Assembly: GCA_964525755.1 (NCBI GenBank)
Contig: CAZGIK010000026.1
Location: forward strand, 8,168-72,167
DNA: 64,000 bases
Source: an uncultured Verrucomicrobiota bacterium
GTDB taxonomy: Bacteria > Verrucomicrobiota > Verrucomicrobiia > Limisphaerales > UBA9464
Direction of reading: 5' to 3'
Below are positions 17,953 through 29,093 of this stretch, piece after piece. The notes under the pieces were generated by a model. That model was not told the DNA's origin, did not search any database, and saw nothing but the letters and a program-made list of their open reading frames with translations. Within the stretch, counting starts at the first letter, position 1. Every line of letters begins with the position of its first letter. The translations under genes and the position numbers were made by a program.

Positions 17953-19584
17953 ATGCCTGCGCAACACCCCCTCACCCGGCGCGACTTCATCGGCCGGCTC
18001 ACCGCCGGCGGGATCGGCACCGCCCTGGCGGCCGTCAGCGGGCTCCCCCTCGTCCTGCAACGGACGCTGGCCGAGGGAGGCATCGGCCTGCCCGATGCCC
18101 AGGGCCGCGTCCGCAAGCTCCTCTTCATCTTCCTCCGCGGGGCGAACGACGGGCTCAACTCGGTGATCCCGTACGGCGACGACGCCTACAACACCGCCAA
18201 CCGTCCGACGCTCTTCATCCCGCCCGATCCCGGCTCGGATCCCGCCGCCTCCGGGCCGGCCCCGTTCCCGGAGTCCGGCCCCGATCGGGGTCCGTATCAC
18301 CGGACGCCGACCGACCTGCTCGGCGGGCTCGCCCTGGGGAACGGCTTCGCCGGGCTCCATCCGTCGCTGAAGTTCCTCCTCCCGACCTACAACGCCGGCC
18401 AGCTCGCCCTCATCCACCGGGTGGGGTACCCCGACCAGTCCCGGTCGCATTTCGACTCCCAGAACTACTGGGAGACCGGCGCCCCGCGCGACGACACGGT
18501 CCGCGACGGGATCCTGTACCGGGCCATGGTCGAGTCGGGGCTGGCCCACTCGAATCCGCTGACGGCCGTCTCGTTCCAGTCCTCCCTGCCCCTGCTGCTC
18601 CGGGGATCGCGGGCGGCGATGACCAACATCAGCGACCCGGCCCGGTACAGCCTCCTCGGGGTCCCCGCCACCGGCACTGCCGTCGGTGACGCCAAGGCCA
18701 AGCAGTTCCTCCGGATGGCCGAGGCCGCCCGCTTCCCCGACAAGCGGTCGCGCAACCTCCTCGACCTCCAGTACGAGAACCTGAGCAGCACCCTCGACAT
18801 CTTCGCCGGGATCAATTTCGACGCGCAGTTCACCGACACCGAGGTCACCGACGGCGACCGGCCCTACAACCTGTTCCCGGTCAGCAACGCGACCAATGGC
18901 GGCTACGCCGCGGCGGGGAACAATCCGGCGAAGTACGTGGTCCCCACCTCGGCCTACGGCTTCTTCGAGCGCCTCAAGGCGGCGGCGCTGGTGCTGAACA
19001 GCACCGACGCCATCGTCGCCGGCACCCAGATCTCCGGCTGGGACACCCACTCCACCCAGGGCACCCTCACCGGAAGCCATCCCAACCTCCTCCGCCAGCT
19101 CGGCTGGGCCATCCACGCCCTCCGCCGGTACTTCCTCCAGCACCCGGCAAAGTGCCGGTGGGACGACCTGGTGGTGGCGACGCTCTCGGAGTTCGGACGG
19201 ACGACCGTGGAGAACGACGACAACGGCACGGACCATGCCGAGGCCGGGGTGATGTTCGTGGCGGGGGGGCGGGTGAAGGGATGGCGGGCGGGGTCGGCGG
19301 ACTCCGGGGCCCGGTCGGGAATCCACGGCTGCGGTCCGGGCGACCCCCTCCCGTGGCAGACCGGGCAGACCGGGTCGATGTTCCAGGCGGAACGCCGGTA
19401 CCTCCAGCGCGCCACCGACTACCGGTCGGTCCTCGGCCACCTGATCCGCGACCACCTCGGCGCCACGCCGGAACAGTTGAACCGCATCATCCCCGGCTAC
19501 GCCCAGCCCGGGGAACATCTCCAATCCGGCGGAGTCCAGGCCCTCGACGGCGTCCGGGTCACCGGCGAACTGCCGGTGGTCTGA
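17953..19584 (+). CDS. DUF1501-family (sulfatase/phosphatase-fold) protein with Tat signal
   Basis: MPAQHPLTRRDFIGRLTAGG (twin-arginine). LFIFLRGANDGLN, GWDTHS and EFGRT motifs are typical of DUF1501. Confidence 0.85.
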   Translation: MPAQHPLTRRDFIGRLTAGGIGTALAAVSGLPLVLQRTLAEGGIGLPDAQGRVRKLLFIFLRGANDGLNSVIPYGDDAYNTANRPTLFIPPDPGSDPAASGPAPFPESGPDRGPYHRTPTDLLGGLALGNGFAGLHPSLKFLLPTYNAGQLALIHRVGYPDQSRSHFDSQNYWETGAPRDDTVRDGILYRAMVESGLAHSNPLTAVSFQSSLPLLLRGSRAAMTNISDPARYSLLGVPATGTAVGDAKAKQFLRMAEAARFPDKRSRNLLDLQYENLSSTLDIFAGINFDAQFTDTEVTDGDRPYNLFPVSNATNGGYAAAGNNPAKYVVPTSAYGFFERLKAAALVLNSTDAIVAGTQISGWDTHSTQGTLTGSHPNLLRQLGWAIHALRRYFLQHPAKCRWDDLVVATLSEFGRTTVENDDNGTDHAEAGVMFVAGGRVKGWRAGSADSGARSGIHGCGPGDPLPWQTGQTGSMFQAERRYLQRATDYRSVLGHLIRDHLGATPEQLNRIIPGYAQPGEHLQSGGVQALDGVRVTGELPVV

Positions 19585-19654
19585 CGCGCACACCAACGGT
19601 CCCCCCCGCACCACACCCGCGGCACGGGAGGGACCGGGCGCGTTGTTGCCCGGG

Positions 19655-21157
<1,503 letters not shown>

Positions 21158-21340
21158 TGATGTGCCGTCCATGCGATTCCTTTCGATTGATTCGACGCCC
21201 CCACCTTCGACCCCCCGCATGACCCGAACCTTTCCGAACGATTACAAGAGTGTAAGGTGCCCGCGGCCCGCGCCCGTGGAATCGTTCCCTCTCCGGCCTC
21301 GGTTGAACGGAACACCGGGCGGAGCCGTCTGGAGTCTCAC

Positions 21341-23110
21341 ATGTCAAGGACACGCCCCTTCCTCCTCGCCGCCCTGGCCCTCGCCATCGGCCTCCCCCTG
21401 CTGGAGGCCCGTCCGCGCGAGGTCGCCAACTTCATGCTGATCGACCACCGGGGCGAGGCCCACGAGCTGCGCCGGACCGGCGGACGCGCCGTGGTGCTCT
21501 TCTTCACCGGCAACGGCTGCCCGGTGGCCCGCCAGGCGACCGCCAAGCTCCTCGATCTCCAGGCGCAGTACCGCGACCGCGGCGTCACCCTCCTGCTGGT
21601 CAACTCGAACACCGGCGACGACCGCCCGGGCATCGCCGGGGAAGCCCGGGAACTCGGCGCCTGGGACCTGCCCGTGCTCCACGACGACACCCAGGGCGTC
21701 GCCCGGCACCTCGGCGTCCAGCGCACCGGGGAGGCCGTGGCGATCCGGACCGACGACTGGAGCGTGTTCTACCGCGGGGCGATCGACGACCAGTTCGTGG
21801 AGGGGGCCGGCAAGCCGTCGGTCGGCCGTGCCCACCTCGCCGAGGCACTCGACGCCCTCCTCGCCGACCGACCGGTCGAGGTCCCGACCACCACCGCCCG
21901 CGGCTGCCGGATCTTCTCCGAGGCCGACGCGAAATGGGCCGGCCGGGAGGTCTCCTACAGCTCCGAGGTGGCGCCCATCCTCCGGGCAAAATGCGTCGAC
22001 TGCCACAGCCGCGGGAACATCGGGTCCTGGGTCATGAGCGGTCACCGGAAGGTCCGCAGCATGGCGTCGATGATCGAGGAGGTGATCCTCACCCGGCGCA
22101 TGCCGCCGTGGGATGCCGACCCGCATGTGGGGAAACTTGCCGGCGCCACGGCGTTGACGGTGTCCGAGGCCCAGACGCTCCTCCATTGGATCGGCCAGGG
22201 CGCGCCCCGCGGTGACGGGCCGGATCCGCTGGAAGGCCTGGAGGTGCCCCCGGCGCCCGACTGGCCCCTGGGTCCGCCCGACATCGTCCTGCGCCTGCCC
22301 CGGCCGGAGGTCATCCCCGCCACCGGGGTGCTCGACTACCGGCACGTCGAGGTCCGGCTCACCAACGAGACCCCGGCGTGGGTGCGGGCCACCTGGGTCA
22401 AGCCGGGCAACCGGCGGGTCCTGCACCACGTCATCGCCCGCCTCAAGGAAGGCGGCTTCACGGACAACCTCGGCCAGGACGAGATGTACGTGGGCTGGGC
22501 CCCGGGCACGGCGCTCGGCGACTTCCCCCGGGGCACCGGCAAGTACCTGCCGCCCGGCGCCCGGTTCGACCTCGAACTGCACTATACCACCTGCGGATCG
22601 GAGCAGACGGACGCCACCGAGATCGGCCTCTACCTGGCCGACGAGAAACCCGGGCGCCGCTACGAGAGCGTGCCGGTGATCCAGACCGACTTCGAGATCC
22701 CGCCCGGCAACCCCCGGGCGGAGGTCACCGCCCATTACAGCTTCGACCGGCCGGCCACGCTCCACAGCGTGACCCCCCACATGCACCTCCGGGGCCGGTC
22801 GATGCGCTTCGAGGTGGAGTTCCCAGACGGACGCCGGGAGACCGTCTGCTCGGTCCCGCGCTACGACTTCAACTGGCAGCTCACCTACCCCCTGGCCGAG
22901 CCGCTGCGACTGCCCGCCGGCACGCGGGTGCGGCTGGTCGGCACGTTCGACAACTCCCCCGGCAACCCCTCGAACCCCGACCCCACCGTCGCCGTCCACT
23001 GGGGCGAACAGTCGTGGGAGGAGATGTTCCTCGGATGGTACAACGTCGAGTGGGACGAACCGTTCACCCCGCCGCCGCCCCGGACCCGACGCGAACGCGC
23101 CGGGCGCTGA
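21341..23110 (+). CDS. Secreted fusion: thioredoxin-fold (redoxin-like) domain + CxxCH heme-binding motif + PHM/DBH-like copper monooxygenase domain
   Basis: Signal MSRTRPFLLAALALAIG. VVLFFTGNGCPVA (Trx fold). CVDCH. His/Met ligand pattern LHH..(51 aa)..H, HMH, YDFNWQ, WEEM, matching the CuH (HH,H) and CuM (HxH,M) sites of peptidylglycine alpha-hydroxylating monooxygenase. Confidence 0.7.
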   Translation: MSRTRPFLLAALALAIGLPLLEARPREVANFMLIDHRGEAHELRRTGGRAVVLFFTGNGCPVARQATAKLLDLQAQYRDRGVTLLLVNSNTGDDRPGIAGEARELGAWDLPVLHDDTQGVARHLGVQRTGEAVAIRTDDWSVFYRGAIDDQFVEGAGKPSVGRAHLAEALDALLADRPVEVPTTTARGCRIFSEADAKWAGREVSYSSEVAPILRAKCVDCHSRGNIGSWVMSGHRKVRSMASMIEEVILTRRMPPWDADPHVGKLAGATALTVSEAQTLLHWIGQGAPRGDGPDPLEGLEVPPAPDWPLGPPDIVLRLPRPEVIPATGVLDYRHVEVRLTNETPAWVRATWVKPGNRRVLHHVIARLKEGGFTDNLGQDEMYVGWAPGTALGDFPRGTGKYLPPGARFDLELHYTTCGSEQTDATEIGLYLADEKPGRRYESVPVIQTDFEIPPGNPRAEVTAHYSFDRPATLHSVTPHMHLRGRSMRFEVEFPDGRRETVCSVPRYDFNWQLTYPLAEPLRLPAGTRVRLVGTFDNSPGNPSNPDPTVAVHWGEQSWEEMFLGWYNVEWDEPFTPPPPRTRRERAGR

Positions 23111-23236
23111 TCCGCCACCGCCCGCGGACGGGTTGTCCCGGGCGGGCCGCCACCCACCCGGTGCCCTGGGAACCCCAAGAAGGGGTCAAAAACAGGACTG
23201 GCGGACCGGCGGGACGTCTGACACTGTCCGCGGCCC

Positions 23237-23950
23237 GTGCCTGCCTATTTCTGGTTCAGCCTGGGCGCGCTGCTGGCGGTCGCCTGGTCTTCGTTCTTCG
23301 AGTGGACCCTCCACCGGTTCGTGATGCACCGGCCGTTGGGGAGTTTCGACTATCCCTTCAAGTCCCATGCCCTGGTGCATCACCAGATCTTCCGGGCGGA
23401 CCACACCTACCACCTCCAGAACCCGCCCGACCGCAAGACCATCCCGATGGCGTGGTGGCACGGGCCCGTGCTGGTGCTCCTTTGCCAGTCGCCCTTCTGG
23501 CTGGTCTCCTGGTTGACCGGCCACTGGAGCATCGGCGCCGGGGCGGCGGTGGCCACGGCCCTGTATTTCGCCACCTACGAGTACCTGCATTGGTGCATGC
23601 ACCTGCCGCGCAAGCGCCGCCTCGAGCGCTCGGGCATCTTCTTCCGGTTGAACGGGCATCACATCCTGCACCACCGGTACATGCACAAGAACTTCAACGT
23701 GGTGCTGCCCCTCGCCGACCTGTGCCTGGGAACGCTGCTGCTGCGCTCGAAGATCCCCTTCCCCCAGCCCCAGGGCCCCGCGGTGCCCGACCTGCAGCCG
23801 CAGGACGTCCGCCCGCCGCTGCCCAAGCGCGTGGCGCGGTTCGGACAGCTCTGCCTCACCGGCGTGCGCCCCGATCCCGCCTCCCCGCTCCAGGTCGGCA
23901 CCCACCCCTCCGGGGAGCGGAACCCGGGCGGCGTCAGCGCGCCGCGGTGA
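23237..23950 (+). CDS. Fatty acid hydroxylase / sterol desaturase superfamily membrane protein
   Basis: GTG start. Histidine boxes HRFVMH, HALVHH, HWCMH, HHILHH, with hydrophobic segments. Confidence 0.65.
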   Translation: MPAYFWFSLGALLAVAWSSFFEWTLHRFVMHRPLGSFDYPFKSHALVHHQIFRADHTYHLQNPPDRKTIPMAWWHGPVLVLLCQSPFWLVSWLTGHWSIGAGAAVATALYFATYEYLHWCMHLPRKRRLERSGIFFRLNGHHILHHRYMHKNFNVVLPLADLCLGTLLLRSKIPFPQPQGPAVPDLQPQDVRPPLPKRVARFGQLCLTGVRPDPASPLQVGTHPSGERNPGGVSAPR

Positions 23951-25526
23951 ACCGCACGCGGGTGCCCTCCCCGCCAGCCACCGACACCAGACGCCCGTTG
24001 GCAGCCAGGTGGCGGCAGATCAGGAAGAGGTGCTCCGCCAACCCGGCATCGCCCAGCGCCTCCGCGAGTTCATCGGCCGGGAACGACCGGTCCGGGTGCG
24101 CCGCCAGGTGGGCGACCGCCCGACGTTGCAGCTCCAGGATCCCCGCCGCCGCACGCTTCCCGGCCTCCACCCCGGGCTGGTGGTAGGCGTTGATTCGGAC
24201 CAGCGACGCATACAGGCCGACCGCCCGCTCGAACACCGCGATCAGGACGCCGATGGTGAACGCGCTGGTGTCGCGCACGGTGAGGGTCAGGTTGTTCCGG
24301 CCCTTCTCGTACAACGCCGCCCGGGTCCCGAGCAGGAACCCGGTCAGGTAGTCCCCGCTGGTCACCCCGGGATCCACCTCCAGCCCGGGGCCCGCCCGGT
24401 CGAGCAACACCTCGATGAACACCGCGAAGAAATTGGGAACACCCTCCCGCAGCTGCTGGACATAGGCGTGCTGGTCGGTGGATCCCTTGTTGCCATAGAC
24501 CGCCAGCCCGGTGTGCACCACCCGCCCGCCGAGGTCCCGCTCCTTCCCCAGGGACTCCATCACCAGCTGCTGCAGGTACCGTGAGAAGAGCTCCAGCCGG
24601 TCCTTGTACGGCAGGACCACCATGTCCCGCGAACCCCGGCCATCCCCGAGATGATGCCACGCCAGCGCCAGGAGCGCCGCCGGGTTGTCGCGGGTGACCG
24701 GCACCCGCGTGGCCTCATCGGCCGCCCGCGCCCCGGCGAGCAGGGCCCCGATGTCGAATCCCTGAAGTGCGGCAGGCAGGAGTCCCACCGCGCTGGTCTC
24801 GCTGGTACGCCCGCCGACCCAGTCCCACATGGGAAAGACCCGCAGCCAACCGCCGGCCGTCGCCTCCCGATGCAACCCGCTGCCCTCGCCGGTCACCGCC
24901 ACGGCGTGGCGGCCAAAGTCCAACCCCGCCCGCCCGTACGCCGCCCGGGCCTCCAGCATCCCGTTGCGGGTCTCCGGGGTCCCGCCCGACTTCGAGATCA
25001 CCACGCACAGGGTCTGTCCCAGCTGCCCTTCGAGCCCGGCCAGCACCTGGTCCATCCCGTCCGGATCCGTGTTGTCGAAGAACCAAGGACGCATCCGGTC
25101 CCGCCCCGGCTGCCCCAGGGCCCGGGCCACGAACTGGGGACCCAGCGCGCTGCCGCCGATCCCGATGACCAGCAGGTTCCGGAACGGACCCGACTCCCCC
25201 CCCAGCTCGCCCGCGTGCACCGCGGCGGCAAAGGCTTCGACATCGGCCACCGCCCGCCGGATGGCCTCCGCCAGCGCGGGCTCGGGGGCGCGGTCCGGAT
25301 CCCGCAGCCAGTAGTGGCCCACCCGACGTCCCTCGTCGGGATTCGCCACCGCCCCGCCCTCCAGGGCCTGCATGGCGGCGAAGGCCTCCTGCATGGGCCC
25401 CTCCATCGCCTCCAGGTAGCCGGCCGGAAAACCCACCCGCGAGAAGTCCACCGTCAGGCCGAGGGCGGGCACCTCGGTGAGGCAGGATTGGAACTCGTTC
25501 CAGGAAACCGGTGTCGATGCGGACAT
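23934..25526 (-). CDS. pgi: Glucose-6-phosphate isomerase
   Basis: 530 aa with PGI-like sequence throughout ([18 protein letters not shown], ...[13 protein letters not shown]). Confidence 0.93.
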   Translation of the reverse strand: MSASTPVSWNEFQSCLTEVPALGLTVDFSRVGFPAGYLEAMEGPMQEAFAAMQALEGGAVANPDEGRRVGHYWLRDPDRAPEPALAEAIRRAVADVEAFAAAVHAGELGGESGPFRNLLVIGIGGSALGPQFVARALGQPGRDRMRPWFFDNTDPDGMDQVLAGLEGQLGQTLCVVISKSGGTPETRNGMLEARAAYGRAGLDFGRHAVAVTGEGSGLHREATAGGWLRVFPMWDWVGGRTSETSAVGLLPAALQGFDIGALLAGARAADEATRVPVTRDNPAALLALAWHHLGDGRGSRDMVVLPYKDRLELFSRYLQQLVMESLGKERDLGGRVVHTGLAVYGNKGSTDQHAYVQQLREGVPNFFAVFIEVLLDRAGPGLEVDPGVTSGDYLTGFLLGTRAALYEKGRNNLTLTVRDTSAFTIGVLIAVFERAVGLYASLVRINAYHQPGVEAGKRAAAGILELQRRAVAHLAAHPDRSFPADELAEALGDAGLAEHLFLICRHLAANGRLVSVAGGEGTRVRFTAAR

Positions 25527-25793
25527 GGCGCGGCCAACCTACCCGAGGCGACACCGGGGCAAAGCGGGAAAACCGACGGCCCTGCCGCCACACCCGGGCG
25601 CCCGGCCCGCCCGGTGGCGCGAGGCTCCCGCCGAGCCCCTCCCCGCTTCGCCTTCCATCCCGTCGCGGCCGCCCCCGATCGGCCATTCCCACCCCGGGCG
25701 GTGTCGACGCCCCGCCCGGCCACCGCAGTCCCCATGGGCACCCCACAAGACTCCCGCCTTGCGCACCGCCCACCCCGCCGCTTGCATCGTCCC

Positions 25794-26225
25794 ATGGCGG
25801 AAGGAACCCCCATCCATCCCCCCGTGCCCGGGGAACCCGGCCCGGCGCCGCTCCGCATGGACTGGCGGGTGGTCGCACTGCTGGTCGGGATCGGGATCGT
25901 CGCCGTCGCCGCCCTCGGCCCCCTCCGGGGCCTCCTCGGCCTCCCCAAACTGCCGGTCCGGGCCGTGGCCGACCGCGAGTTCCTCCGCCTCTCGAACACT
26001 TCGTCCAACGACCTCCCACCCCTCACCATCAACATCAACTCCCTCGACGCCCACCGCTTCACCCTCCCGGGCCTCAAGGCGGGAAGCACGGTGACCCTGG
26101 CGTGGGAGCGGTTTGCCGACGGCGACCGGACACTCGACCCGCGGGTCACCCGACCCGAACTGGTCATGCTCCGGGCCAAGGGCTACGAGCTGACCCTGCT
26201 CAACGTCTCCCGGCTGACGCCCTGA
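25794..26225 (+). CDS. Hypothetical membrane-anchored protein
   Basis: MAEGTPIH...MDWRVVALLVGIGIVAVAALG (TM). Good GC3 bias. Alternative start at 25857. Confidence 0.45.
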   Translation: MAEGTPIHPPVPGEPGPAPLRMDWRVVALLVGIGIVAVAALGPLRGLLGLPKLPVRAVADREFLRLSNTSSNDLPPLTININSLDAHRFTLPGLKAGSTVTLAWERFADGDRTLDPRVTRPELVMLRAKGYELTLLNVSRLTP

Positions 26226-26301
26226 GCCGGACCAGGCCTCGACGGAGCGCGGCCCTCCGGAAGGAGGCGCGAGGCGGCGGGAGTTCCGGGCAGCCCCTGA
26301 A

Positions 26302-27138
26302 TCACCGCCGGGCGACGATGCGGATCAGGTCGCGGGCGAGGATCTCCGACGGCCCGATCGTCCGCCCGTCGCAGCGCAGATCCCGGTAGCCATGGGCCGC
26401 CAGGGTGCCGAGCACATCCGACGGATCCACCCCGCGCATCCGCATGAACTCGTTGTGCAGTTCCAGGCACCACACCACCCCGGGCGCCTCCAGGGTCCGG
26501 GTCGCCCCGTGCAGCACCTCGTGCTCGTAGCTCTCGACATCGATCTTCACCACCGACGGCATCCGGCCGGCCCGGCGGGTCAGCTCGTCGACCGTGATCA
26601 TCGGCACGCGCGTGCGGTCGGCGGCCGGCTGGTCGCGGGGCGGAACAAAATAGCCGGCGGCCGGGGCGCCGGCGTCGACCAGTTCCATCTCCCCGAGGCG
26701 GTCCCCGGCGGCCGCCTGGAGCACCTCGATCTGTTCCCCCCAGCCATTGCGGTCGCGGATCCGACGGACCATGTCGCAGGCCAGACCGGAGGGGTCGACC
26801 GCCACGCACCGGGAACCGGGTCCGCAATGCCGGGCCACCGCGAAGCTGAACAGGCCGAAGTGGCAGCCGAGGTCGAGGAAGAGCGGATCCCGCAGGGGGC
26901 GGATGACACCGAGGAATTCGTCGAACTCCGCCGCCTGCTCCGGGTCGTCGTGCTGCAGGTGGAACGCGCCGTCGACCGCCGCCCGGGGACAGGTCAGGAC
27001 CCAGCCCGGGCGGATCTCGTGGCGGACCTCCCGTCGGGTCTTCCACCACAGGCCGGCCGTGGTGCCCGGCGCCCGGAGGAAAGTCCGGAGCCGCCGCGGC
27101 AACACCCGCCGGGCCAGCGCCTTGATGCCATCGGCCAT
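26302..27138 (-). CDS. FkbM-family methyltransferase
   Basis: FLDLGCHFGLFSF (SAM motif) and KIDVESYEHEVLHG, typical of FkbM. Start MADGIKAL chosen; the ORF track extends to 27240. Confidence 0.75.
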   Translation of the reverse strand: MADGIKALARRVLPRRLRTFLRAPGTTAGLWWKTRREVRHEIRPGWVLTCPRAAVDGAFHLQHDDPEQAAEFDEFLGVIRPLRDPLFLDLGCHFGLFSFAVARHCGPGSRCVAVDPSGLACDMVRRIRDRNGWGEQIEVLQAAAGDRLGEMELVDAGAPAAGYFVPPRDQPAADRTRVPMITVDELTRRAGRMPSVVKIDVESYEHEVLHGATRTLEAPGVVWCLELHNEFMRMRGVDPSDVLGTLAAHGYRDLRCDGRTIGPSEILARDLIRIVARR

Positions 27139-27240
27139 TGCGCCCGCGAGTGAACGTCGACCGCCCCGCCGCCACAAGCCGGCAATGAGGTCGAAGTGAA
27201 GGCCCGCACCGGAAGCGCCCGACGACTCCGGCCTCGCCAC

Positions 27241-27534
27241 CTACGACAATGCCCGCCGGATGCGCTCGGGAGCCTGCCGCAAGTCCAGCACTCGAAAAAC
27301 GAGCACCAAATCGTCTGCCTCGATGCGGTAATAAACGGCGTAGGGAAATCGCTTTGCCAGCAGGCGGTGGTAGCCAAACAACCTCGGATGCAAGCCCCGA
27401 TACAGTACCAGCGAGTCGATCTCAGAAAACAGGCTGTCGAGAAAATAGGTGCCGAGCCCGTCGCCCAACCGGTCGTAGAAGTTCCGGCCACGATCGAGGT
27501 CCTCCATCGCGGCCTGGAGAATCCGGATCCTCAT
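27241..27534 (-). CDS. parE: ParE/RelE-superfamily toxin (plasmid stabilisation family)
   Basis: 97 aa. C-terminal YAVYYRIEADDLVLVFRVLDLRQ is typical of ParE. Overlaps the upstream antitoxin by 4 nt. Confidence 0.8.
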   Translation of the reverse strand: MRIRILQAAMEDLDRGRNFYDRLGDGLGTYFLDSLFSEIDSLVLYRGLHPRLFGYHRLLAKRFPYAVYYRIEADDLVLVFRVLDLRQAPERIRRALS

Positions 27535-27725
27535 CCCGACGCCCGCTTGCGAAGTTCAACCTTCGCTGCCTCCCACTCGTGAACCTGCTCCTTTCGCTCG
27601 CGCAAACGGGCCTCCGTCTCCTCCAGCGCGATCCGGTGCCAGTCCGGGGACGAAACCTCAACATCCTCGCGGGCAAGATCCTCCCAAATCTCATGCATGG
27701 CCATGAGCTTCTCGCTTCTCGACAT
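27531..27725 (-). CDS. Addiction-module antitoxin (putative addiction module component family)
   Basis: MSRSEKLMAMHEIWEDLAREDVEVSSPDWHRIALEETEARLRERKEQVHEWEAAKVELRKR. Small, helical, and directly upstream of the toxin. Confidence 0.65.
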   Translation of the reverse strand: MSRSEKLMAMHEIWEDLAREDVEVSSPDWHRIALEETEARLRERKEQVHEWEAAKVELRKRASG

Positions 27726-27923
27726 GCCTCGCAGCTCCAGACCCATGGGCTTGAACCTACCGGGTGGGGCCAGACCCGCAACGCCGCAGTCGGCGGAAGT
27801 TCGAGCCCAACGCCCCGGCCTGCGGCTCACCTCCCTCGCAGAGCATCTCCACCATCTCACGGAGATTCCGGCGCAACTCCTCTATGGGCGCTCCGAACAT
27901 CCCCTCGACGCTTCAGTCCCAAG

Positions 27924-27941
27924 TTGCCAGCATTGCCAGCA
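27924..27941 (+). promoter_or_regulatory. Tandem 9-bp repeat (ttgccagca x2), possible operator of the truncated antitoxin gene
   Basis: A perfect tandem copy about 20 nt upstream of an AGGAG Shine-Dalgarno (27951-27955). RHH antitoxins typically bind repeats in their own promoter. Confidence 0.3.
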
Positions 27942-27961
27942 TTCGGGAACAGGAGTACGTC

Positions 27962-28098
27962 ATCGGCCAACTGGTCATCCGACAGATTGAAGACAAGGTG
28001 GTCCGGAAGCTCAAGGAGCGCGCCGGAGCCCATGGGGTCTCCATGGAGGAGGAACATCGCCGCATCCTGCGCGAAGCCCTTCTGGGCTCAGCGACTAA
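27962..28098 (+). pseudogene. 5' fragment of an Arc/RHH-type (FitA/StbC/VapB-like) antitoxin gene, truncated by IS insertion
   Basis: (I)GQLVIRQIEDKVVRKLKERAGAHGVSMEEEHRRILREALLGSAT matches the N-terminal DNA-binding half of this family. The reading frame runs straight into the IS inverted repeat at 28099. The apparent start codon is ATC. There is no downstream toxin gene. Confidence 0.6.
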
Positions 28099-29059
28099 GA
28101 GCCTGTCCGGAAACTCCAAGATCCCGAGGAATCAGGCCAGTTTGCGCAGCATGATCCGGATCATCGCGATATGAATCCACGCCTCGACGCTCTCGCTGTG
28201 CCTCTCGTAGTCCCGGACGAGGCGTCGGTGCTGCATCAGCCAGCCAAACGTCCGCTCCACCACCCATCGGCGGGGCAGCACATGAAACCCGCTCACTCCC
28301 TCGATCCGGTTGACGACCTCGACCTTCGTATCGGGTCGCAACTCGCGCACGTGGGCGGCGAAGTCCTCCCCGCTGTACCCGCCGTCCACCCAGATCTTCT
28401 CGAGCCCGGAGAGGCGTTTGAGTGCGTCGTCCAGAAGCACCTTCCCTCCCGCCCGTTCCGGCACATCCGCCGGCAGCACCGCCAAGGCCAGGATGTGGCC
28501 CAAGGTGTCCACCAGGATGAACCGCTTGCGCCCCTTGGTCTTCTTTCCGGCGTCGTAGCCCGATTCCTGGGCCATTCCGGCCGATCGGACCGTCTGGCTG
28601 TCGAAAATGGCGGCGATGGGAGTCGGCTTCCTCCCCTCCTCTCCCCGGGCGAGGTTCCGGAGGCGGTTGTGCAGGGTCAGGAGGAACCCATTTTTGGTCC
28701 AGGCCCGGAAGTATCCGAAGATGGTGCTTCGGGGCGGGAACTCCTTGGGAAGCGAGCGCCAATGGCAGCCGGTCTTGACGATGTAGAGGACGGCATCGAG
28801 GACCTGCCGCAGGCAGGTCCTGGGCCGACCGGTCTTGGCGGTCTTGGGCATGTGGGGACGGATGCATTCCCACTGCGAATCGGAGAGACAGGTGTCGTAG
28901 GAGGCGATTTTCATCGCCTCGAGAGCCGCTGCCGCGGAAGGAGCGCCGACCTTGGTCGGCGTCGGAGTCAACGCAAAAGTGCGATTTATGGACGCTTTCC
29001 TGCATTTTCCGATCTAACCTATACCCGACCACACCCCATCGGAGTTTCCGGACAGGCTC
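28099..29059 (-). mobile_element. IS5-family insertion sequence (IS1031-like subgroup), 961 bp
   Basis: Perfect 19-bp terminal inverted repeats: GAGCCTGTCCGGAAACTCC (28099-28117) and GGAGTTTCCGGACAGGCTC (29041-29059). Single DDE transposase ORF. The flanking trinucleotides TAA (left) and TGA (right) both fit TNA but are not identical. Confidence 0.85.
28132..28971 (-). CDS. IS5-family DDE transposase
   Basis: 279 aa. CLSDSQWECIRPHMP... N-terminal HTH region. DDE region ...AAIFDSQTV...ILVDTLGH...KIWVDGGYSG...VVERTFGWL. Confidence 0.9.
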   Translation of the reverse strand: MTPTPTKVGAPSAAAALEAMKIASYDTCLSDSQWECIRPHMPKTAKTGRPRTCLRQVLDAVLYIVKTGCHWRSLPKEFPPRSTIFGYFRAWTKNGFLLTLHNRLRNLARGEEGRKPTPIAAIFDSQTVRSAGMAQESGYDAGKKTKGRKRFILVDTLGHILALAVLPADVPERAGGKVLLDDALKRLSGLEKIWVDGGYSGEDFAAHVRELRPDTKVEVVNRIEGVSGFHVLPRRWVVERTFGWLMQHRRLVRDYERHSESVEAWIHIAMIRIMLRKLA

Positions 29060-29093
29060 TGAGATCCGTGGTCCACATACAGTATGCTCTGAA

